A DNA stretch of 64,000 bases from the human T2T-CHM13v2.0 reference genome, Homo sapiens. The position numbers and the translations under genes were made by a program. Under the pieces are notes generated by a model. That model did not search any database and was not told where the DNA came from. It saw only the letters and a list, made by a program, of their open reading frames with translations. The stretch is from assembly GCF_009914755.1 (NCBI RefSeq), contig NC_060942.1; one strand, 5' to 3'. Position 1 is the stretch's first letter. The number at the start of each line of letters is the position of its first letter. Below, piece after piece: positions 56,731-64,000 of this stretch.

Positions 56731-57223
56731 ATACGGTAAAGAATGCATTCCACATGGTTGGGTTTATATTGAAGTTTTTAACAAGTAGTGTTTGGAAAAC
56801 AGATATAAGTGATATAACTTTGATATAAGTGTGTATACGGTAAAGAATGCATTCCACATGGTTGGGTTTATATTGAAGTTTTTAACAAGCGGTGTTTGGA
56901 AAACAGATATAAGTGATATAACTTTGATATAAGTGTGTATACGGTAAAGAATGCATTCCACATGGTTGGGTTTATACTGAAGTTTTTAACAAGCGGTGTT
57001 TGGAAAACAGATATAAGTGATATAACTTTGATATAAGTGTGTATACGGTAAAGAATGCATTCCACATGGTTGGGTTTATATTGAAGTTTTTAACAAGTGG
57101 TGTTTGGAAAACAGATATAAGTGATATAAGTGTATGTGATATAAGTGTGTATATGGCAAAGAATGCATTCCACATGGTTGGGTTTAGACTGAAGTTTTTA
57201 ACAAGTAGTGTTTGGAAAACAGA
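56716..57223. repeat. Tandem repeat, 104-bp unit, ~5 near-identical copies
   Basis: GAATGCATTCCACATGG recurs at 56741, 56845, 56949, 57053 and 57161. Confidence 0.95.
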
Positions 57224-59872
57224 CCTTTATCTAGAAATGTTTTAGAAAGTTAGATTTCTGCATCACACAAAATCATTTCTAGGTGGATTAAAGAGATAAA
57301 TGCAAAATAATGGGAACAATACAGAATAATCATCTTATAATTTAAAGGTGTTAAGACCTTCTCAAAAATCTAGTCAAACATAGTGAGAACCACATAAAAA
57401 TGAAACTTGCTATACATTTCTGTAAGAAAATTTACTAGATTAGCAAAAGATCATGAAAAAATGCATATAAGCTCTAATTAGAAAAACACAAATAACTCAA
57501 CAGGGAAAATAAAATACGTAATTCAAAGAAACACAAATGGCTAATGAGCATAAGAAAAAAATCTCCAATCCCCTCATTAGTAATCAGAAAAGTCTAATTG
57601 TTAACATGAGGTATCTTTTGTTGCCTATCATAATGGCAAAACTTTTAAATGTGTGTGATGTCCAGGACTGTTGAGGATGAGTGTAAATATATTTTTGTAC
57701 ACAGGCTGGTAGGAGTGTACATTGGCATAGTTTTTAGAGAAATTTGGCAACGTCTTACTAAAATTTAAACTACACATACTTTTATCATTGAAAATAACCA
57801 TTTCAAAGGGGTACTAACACTCTGTATGCATGTTTTTTTATTAGCAATATTGCAGAAGAGATCCAAATTACCAGGAATGGCCTAGAAAAACATGTTTCTG
57901 GATGGGATCCATAAACCATGTTGATAAATGTATAGTTTTCAGGTTTTAGTACGTCACATGGTTACAGTCATTTTACAGAATACTTTAAACTAGTATTGTG
58001 GCCTGACTCAAAAGCTAACTTCCAAAGAAAAAAGAAGGCGGCCCTGGCTGGATTGTCTTACATTTTGTGGTTACTATTTTGAGCTGCACAAAATCCTTTT
58101 GCCAGAGGAGGAAGTTACTGGCTTTTAGAAAGCCTTGTCTTCTTTCAGCTAAAAGGCACTTTTAAGCATGCTAAAACACTTATTATTTCAGCCATATTTA
58201 ACTTATCTCCACATTCTTTAATCCAGCAATTCCATCTCCAAGACTCTACTAGTACTAGAAAAATATTCCCATGCAAAGAGACATGCACAAGGATGTTTAC
58301 TGTGGCATTGTTTTTAATAGCAAAAAAATTGGGAACAACAAATTAATTAGGAAATGGTTCAATAAAACTATTATGTTCATATTATGGAATAATATGTAGC
58401 AGTTAAAAAGAGGTAGGTGTACATATATACTAATATGGAAAAATTACCAAGATACACTCAGTGAAAAAAGGCAACTTACAGAATAATACATAATGTACAA
58501 TCTCATTTTCATAAAAACAAAAGAAAATCATTATGGACATGTGTGTGTAAAAATGCTTTTTGGAAGGACTAGAAACTAGATCAACCAGCTAAACAGAAGT
58601 TCCTTCTGTAGCATGGCAGCGGGTTTCCATTTTTTATTAGTTTCCTAGTTTTTTTAATATAAAAAGAATGTTTTTACAAAGAAAATAGTTGTTTATTATG
58701 CCTACAAAAATTAATATTTATATTTATTGTGTATATATATAAAACCTTACAAACACTTAAAGTTTATACATATACACACTAGATATGGCCTGTGAATTGT
58801 ACATCAACCATAAGAAAATCATTTAAACAGTGTTTATCTAAATGGTGTGAGCATTAAGTGTTATGATGTGTGAATCTGAAAATATAGTTTCATTTGGATG
58901 TACAACAGCATGGAGGCACAGTCTAAGAATCAATTTTAGAAAAGACTATTCCGATTAGCAAATTTAGTAAAAGTTTCATTATGGAAATTCCCAGAGGCAA
59001 GCTCTGGCATTTAATGATTAGAAAAGTAACAAGAAAGTATTGCCTACAAAGTGAATCAATAGAAAAGTAAATTTCACGGTCTAATATAAAATAACCTTTA
59101 TGTTAAGCAAAAAATATAGTTAGAGGAGGTATATTATATAAGTGTTTTCAATGTGTACAGTATAAGACTATATGGTGTGATGATTAAGAAACAAACAGAT
59201 AAATACAAGTGGAGAATTCCTTTGCCTCTTAAAATTCAGAATGAATCATAGTAAGATACATAAACAATTTTACAAAATTTAGCAAGACTGTTTCCTTTTG
59301 TTGCCCTCTGCAACCATTACTATATCAAACTGAAGCAAATGATCAAGTCAATGGATAAAGGCCAGTCAAATCTAAGTGTGTTTCACTAAGTACATAAAAC
59401 GATGGCTTCAATGAATTGCACAAGAATTCCAGGTGTCCACTGCAGTTTCCAGGTTCAGTCCTATAACCCACTTTACTGAAGTTTCCCTTATGGTGGTGGC
59501 TCTAATGGGAAAGGCCTGTCAGTCAACAGAACAATTAACTTGAGCAGAAACAAATTAAAACATGAGTTATATTAAGAATTAACACCGAAGTTCACTGAAG
59601 GTAAAGGATGTGATTTTTCTATCACCACCAGTAGGGTCTATTCCTGAATCACTTGATGTTTTTCTTCTATGATGATGGGAAGGTCCAAAATGATTCTCTC
59701 TGCTGCACACCGTACATGGTTGCCATGCTACGCGTTTCAATGGTGAATAGTGCAAGAACAAATACATACTTTTTGTACTGTTGTTCCCAGTACTTGGGAT
59801 TTTTGCAACATTCAAAGCAGCTCAAGTAGAAAAGAAAAAGTTCAAACCAGTCACCAGATCCAAAATTAGCAT

Positions 59873-59878
59873 TTTATT
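59873..59878 (-). terminator. CDH2: Main polyadenylation signal AATAAA
   Basis: Minus strand gAATAAAatgct; upstream UGUA motifs at ~59918-59928; downstream U-rich tttttcttttct. Confidence 0.8.
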
Positions 59879-60469
59879 CAGAACGCTGGGGTCAGAGGTG
59901 TATCATTTATATTCTGGTACACAATACAGAGGCAAAGCTGTTGTCAGAAGTCTCTCCAGTTTAAAAGCTTTTTTTTTTCCATTTTTTTTTTAAAAAAACA
60001 CACACTTAGTAGTGCCACCAGTGTCAGGCCACCCCTTTCTTTCCTTTCCTTTTTTTTTTTTTTGGTACAAATTATGTAAAACATTTGTGCTAAGAACTTT
60101 TCTCCCTCCCCAAACCAAAAAGAAAATAAAAAATAAAAAAATTAAAAAAATTAAAAATTGAGTATTCTAACTACAGCTCAACAATTGAATCAAATGTCAC
60201 TGTTTTGTAAATACTTTATCCATAACGAAAGATATAAACATGCAAAAAACCTGAATCCATAGTCCAAATAATACATACACATGTTCTGAAGTTTCTGCAC
60301 TTCTCCATAGACTATGCCAATAAAACATTATGTACACATACTATTTTTACAGTGAAGTGGAAAAATACAGAAATAAAAAAGTGTACATGGATTAAGACCA
60401 AAATGTGTCTAACATTCTAGTTTATGAAAAAATTCAATTTTGCTACAAATTGGTGATATGAAAACTCCC

Positions 60470-60475
60470 TTTATT
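60470..60475 (-). terminator. CDH2: Possible proximal polyadenylation signal AATAAA
   Basis: Minus strand gcaAATAAAgggag; upstream UGUA at ~60553; downstream attttttc. Confidence 0.55.
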
Positions 60476-61039
60476 TGCAACCAGCTGAGTAAGTTTTAAG
60501 ATTTTAGTGAAAAAAAAAAAAACAAACTAAAGTCTAAAACTAGAAGTAATGTACATTTTCCAATCTCATGGTCTCATCCCCCAAGATAATAAAATCGCTC
60601 CATGAGTTTTTTTGTTTGTTTAATTTTGTATTTTAATAAAAGCAAATGCAATGTAACAAAAGCGTGTTGAAGCATATCATGGTTTAACTTACTGCTCCCA
60701 CCACAAAATATTTTGTCTTTTACTTATCGTTTCAGAAATCAGTACCATTAAAGCCTTAAACAGAAAACTAATTCCAATCTGAAAAAGGTACAAAAAGGCA
60801 CATAAAATCCCAGTGCTTCTGTACTGTAAAATTCAAGTGTAACTGAGCTCAGTGTTTTTCCAAACAGTATGGATCACTGATATTCCCTCTGAGCCCAAAT
60901 TGGTTTGCAGCCTATGCCAAAGCCTCCAGCAAGCACTGTGCTAGTAGACTACAAAGTTAAAGCCTAGCTTCTGAATGCTTTTTGGGAATATCAGTTGAAA
61001 TTATTTGTACTTGTCCAAAAACCAAGTTCACCCTGAAGT

Positions 61040-61288
<249 letters not shown>

Positions 61289-62547
61289 TTACACTTTACA
61301 AAACCACAAGCAGATCCTAATGAATTCACGGGATCAAACAAACACTTGTTTGTAAATTTCCATTTACATACCATATTTTCAACACATGGAAAAGGGAGAT
61401 ATAACCATTTGAAAGTTGGACAAAAATTAACTTATATCTTTCCGGTGCAAAGAAACAACCCTAAGCAGTCAAGCTCAGGGAGGCCAAGGCTTATGAAGGG
61501 AGGGGGTTAACTGGGTAATAAGTTGGACAGGTGGCAGAAATGAATGGCCCTGCTTGAGGCAGAGAAGAAAGGATCTTAAATAACATAATATATAGAGCAG
61601 CATTGCTAGATTAAATTTAAAAAAAGCACCTCACTGAAATACAAGAGACACACAAATGAGTACCATGTGGTCCATGTCCCTCCACAGGCTTACAGTCTAG
61701 CATAACAGGTATTACTACTGTGTGAAGCAAATGACAAGTGACAAAACTATGAAGTCAAAGCAAAAGCCATCAGGTTGTGGGGGAAAAAAATTCACATCAG
61801 CATTAAGAGCTAGGAGTTCAAAGAGAAAGTAGCATTGTATTTGACCTCATTTTGGAAGGACATCAAAGGAAGACTGAAGACAGGTCAGATGTGATTACTA
61901 CATAAAGGGAGGTACTCAGAAAATCATTTATGTGACTAACATAGCATAAAATGTGGAATTAATTAATTGTAAACTGGTATTTTAAAAAATAGGGTATCTT
62001 CTAACTTCCAAAAAATCCTAGAAATGTCATAATCCAATATCTGTACACGGTATAAATATTGAAAAGAGGAGGACTCCTGTCAATCTAAAATAACATGCGT
62101 TATCTGGTTCTTATAAAGAATTTTAAGAAAAAAGAAACAAGGAAATAACTACTATCTATATTTGTAACTTTTGTAAGCAGATGCTTTTTAATATACAATT
62201 AGAGTCTCTATGCTCTGCAAAACTTCTAAGGATTTAGTATTAGGTCCTCTGGTATATTTTCTACTTAATTTTTTCCCCCAATTCCATTCTAGTACTCCTA
62301 GATACACTAACATTAGTCTCCAAACAATCGTTTGCTTTTTCCACACTCTACTTGTCAAATGCTAGTTGGCTTATATGGCCTCACCTATCTAAGACGTGTC
62401 ACAGACAGTCCTACCCTTGAGAGATCAAGCCTGCCAATACACATGCATTTTATGAGCGCATACATGGGTTTTTATGAGCATGTGTTCACCTATCCTTTCA
62501 AGGTTACAAAGGAGAAACAGGGAAGAAGAGCAAAAAAATTAAGGTCA

Positions 62548-62755
62548 GAATCAGTATGGTGTAGTGGTTAAGAGATCAGACTGTGAGATGACACCTTAGC
62601 TCTCCCCAGTACTAGCTGTGGGACCTCCGCTTAACCTCATCTACAACTGTAATCATAATAATAGGACTATTATAAAGACCAAATGCAATAAAGGGACCCG
62701 AGGGCTCACCACAGTGACTGGCACATGTAGAGCTCAATGAATATTAGTTAGTATT
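62548..62755 (+). mobile_element. MIR SINE
   Basis: cagtatggtgtagtggttaagag...tactagctgtgggacct...cacagtgactggcacatgtagagctcaatgaatattag. Confidence 0.8.
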
Positions 62756-63161
62756 TTTAAAAAATTTAAGTTTTGAGAAAAATGTCCTGCCTTGGGATTT
62801 GAAAAAATAAGAAACGATGAAGATATATTTTAAGAAACAAAATGGCAGCTGCTTGACTCACGTCAAAAATCAGAGAAAAAAGTACACATGACCAGTTTTC
62901 TCATCTCCAGGTACCTCTTTACTAACAATCCATGAAATTTAGCAGTACTTTACTACTTTTCGTCATGTCATTTTATACTGTTTATACTCCAGAAAAGCCT
63001 GTGTAAAATAAAATAAAGCAGGTTTCAGCAAAATACTTTGATATATACAACATAAATAACTTTAGATAGGATTTTATCTTATTTTTAGACTAAGCTACAA
63101 GGCAATTCTGCTAAGACTGAGAACCACAACCTACAATTTCTCAAAACTTGTAACTCCCTTC

Positions 63162-63586
63162 TGTGGTAGATTGTGTTACTGCCCTCAGTGATTCACTGCT
63201 CTTTTTCTGAAGGCAGAACACACACCCACACTCCCACAGAGCCTCTCTGGGGTCAGGGTTTACTTTCCCAACCACACTGTAAGGCTTGGCTGTCTGACTG
63301 GCTTTGGCCAATGCAATGTAAGTAGCTGTGAAAAGTACCCGCTTCAAGAACTCTATCTAATGTGTTTCCACCCTTCCACTAATCCCCCTTTCCCCCTCTG
63401 CCAGGAGAATGGCCTGCTCCAGATGGGAAGTTTATCTGCCTGGATCCTGAAACGAAGACGACATATGGATCAGGAACTGAGTCACTGACAGACTACAGCT
63501 GACTTACAACTTAAGTAAGAAGTAAACCTTCATTATTATAAGCAGCAATATTTTGGAGTGGTCAGTGATTGGTACCTTAGCTAACA
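63162..63586 (+). mobile_element. MLT1H/I-type MaLR LTR
   Basis: tgtggtagattg...gactggctttggccaatgcaatgtaag...agtaagaagtaaaccttcattattataagc. Confidence 0.65.
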
Positions 63587-63604
63587 AAAGCCGAAGAATG
63601 CACC

Positions 63605-63750
63605 TTCATTCATTTTGTTTGTGTTTATTCATTAGATTCAAGATGTATTTGTTGATTATCTATTAATATTATTGCAATGTATTCTGCTAACTGGTAGAGA
63701 CACAGCTACTAATGAGCTAGATCCAATGGCTGCCCTCGTGGAGTTAATAT
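63605..63750 (-). mobile_element. L2 3' end
   Basis: ttcattcatt...tatttgttgattatcta...ctgccctcgtggagtt. Confidence 0.55.
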
Positions 63751-64000
63751 TCACATATTAGCCTACACTCCTCTTCCCTACAAGATCTAGCAACTGCAAA
63801 TTTAACCAACAGCGGATTGCCTTAGTTCAGCATTGTCTGACTTGGGGTCATACAAGTAGGCCCAAGAAGGATCTGAAGAAAAAACAAGAAAAATCAGGGA
63901 AATTCCTGATAAGGAGAATGGGTCCCTGAAAACAAATATTAAATTTTCATTATGACAATTGCTTTATAATACAGACAACAGAGACAATGGCTAAGATCAC

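Larger units (their letters stand above)
54790..58560 (+). mobile_element. Highly degraded L1ME-type ORF2 and 3' end fragments
   Basis: tatgaccaagtaggtttattccagga; caatggaatagaagatccggaaacaaacaca; gacatgcacaaggatgtttactgtggcattg. Confidence 0.6.
59855..61039 (-). other. CDH2: CDH2 3' UTR (3' end approximate)
   Basis: Follows TGA 61042-61040; free of recognisable repeats, U-rich, ends after AATAAA. Confidence 0.85.

Noticed and set aside
56716-57223. Regularly spaced repeats with a palindromic core, superficially CRISPR-like
   Set aside because: Whole units are near-identical with no unique spacers, no cas genes, and the context is primate DNA; it is a VNTR
56431-57245. Repetitive ORFs (YITYT, HIYLY, MECILYRIH...)
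   Set aside because: Translations of the tandem repeat
60050-60063. A14 run in the mRNA as an apparent 3' end
   Set aside because: Genomic A-tract with no adjacent canonical hexamer; likely oligo-dT internal priming

Overview
This is human or close-primate genomic DNA (AluY, AluS/J, THE1C, MSTA and L1PA elements), not prokaryotic. The only confident gene content is the 3' end of CDH2 (N-cadherin) on the minus strand. Part of its last intron spans 61247-64000, the terminal coding exon 61246-61040 encodes the C-terminal part of the beta-catenin-binding tail, and a ~1.2 kb 3' UTR ends near AATAAA 59878-59873. The other ~60 kb is downstream sequence dominated by nested LINE-1, Alu, MaLR/ERV LTR, MIR/L2 and DNA-transposon relics; nearly all ORFs in the track are repeat-derived noise. 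The best lead is a candidate alternative terminal exon of CDH2 about 18 kb past the canonical end (42005 to ~41757, minus). It has a strong acceptor, a phase-compatible 10-codon tail KTWPIQSLHL* and its own AATAAA, and would replace the last 68 aa. Other leads are a two-tier VNTR carrying five TEAD M-CAT motifs 2.6 kb past the poly(A) site, an orphan ~380 bp insert with a perfect ARE inside an old L1, and a twin-primed inverted L1. Repeat subfamily names come from recalled consensus sequences, and boundaries of old elements are approximate.
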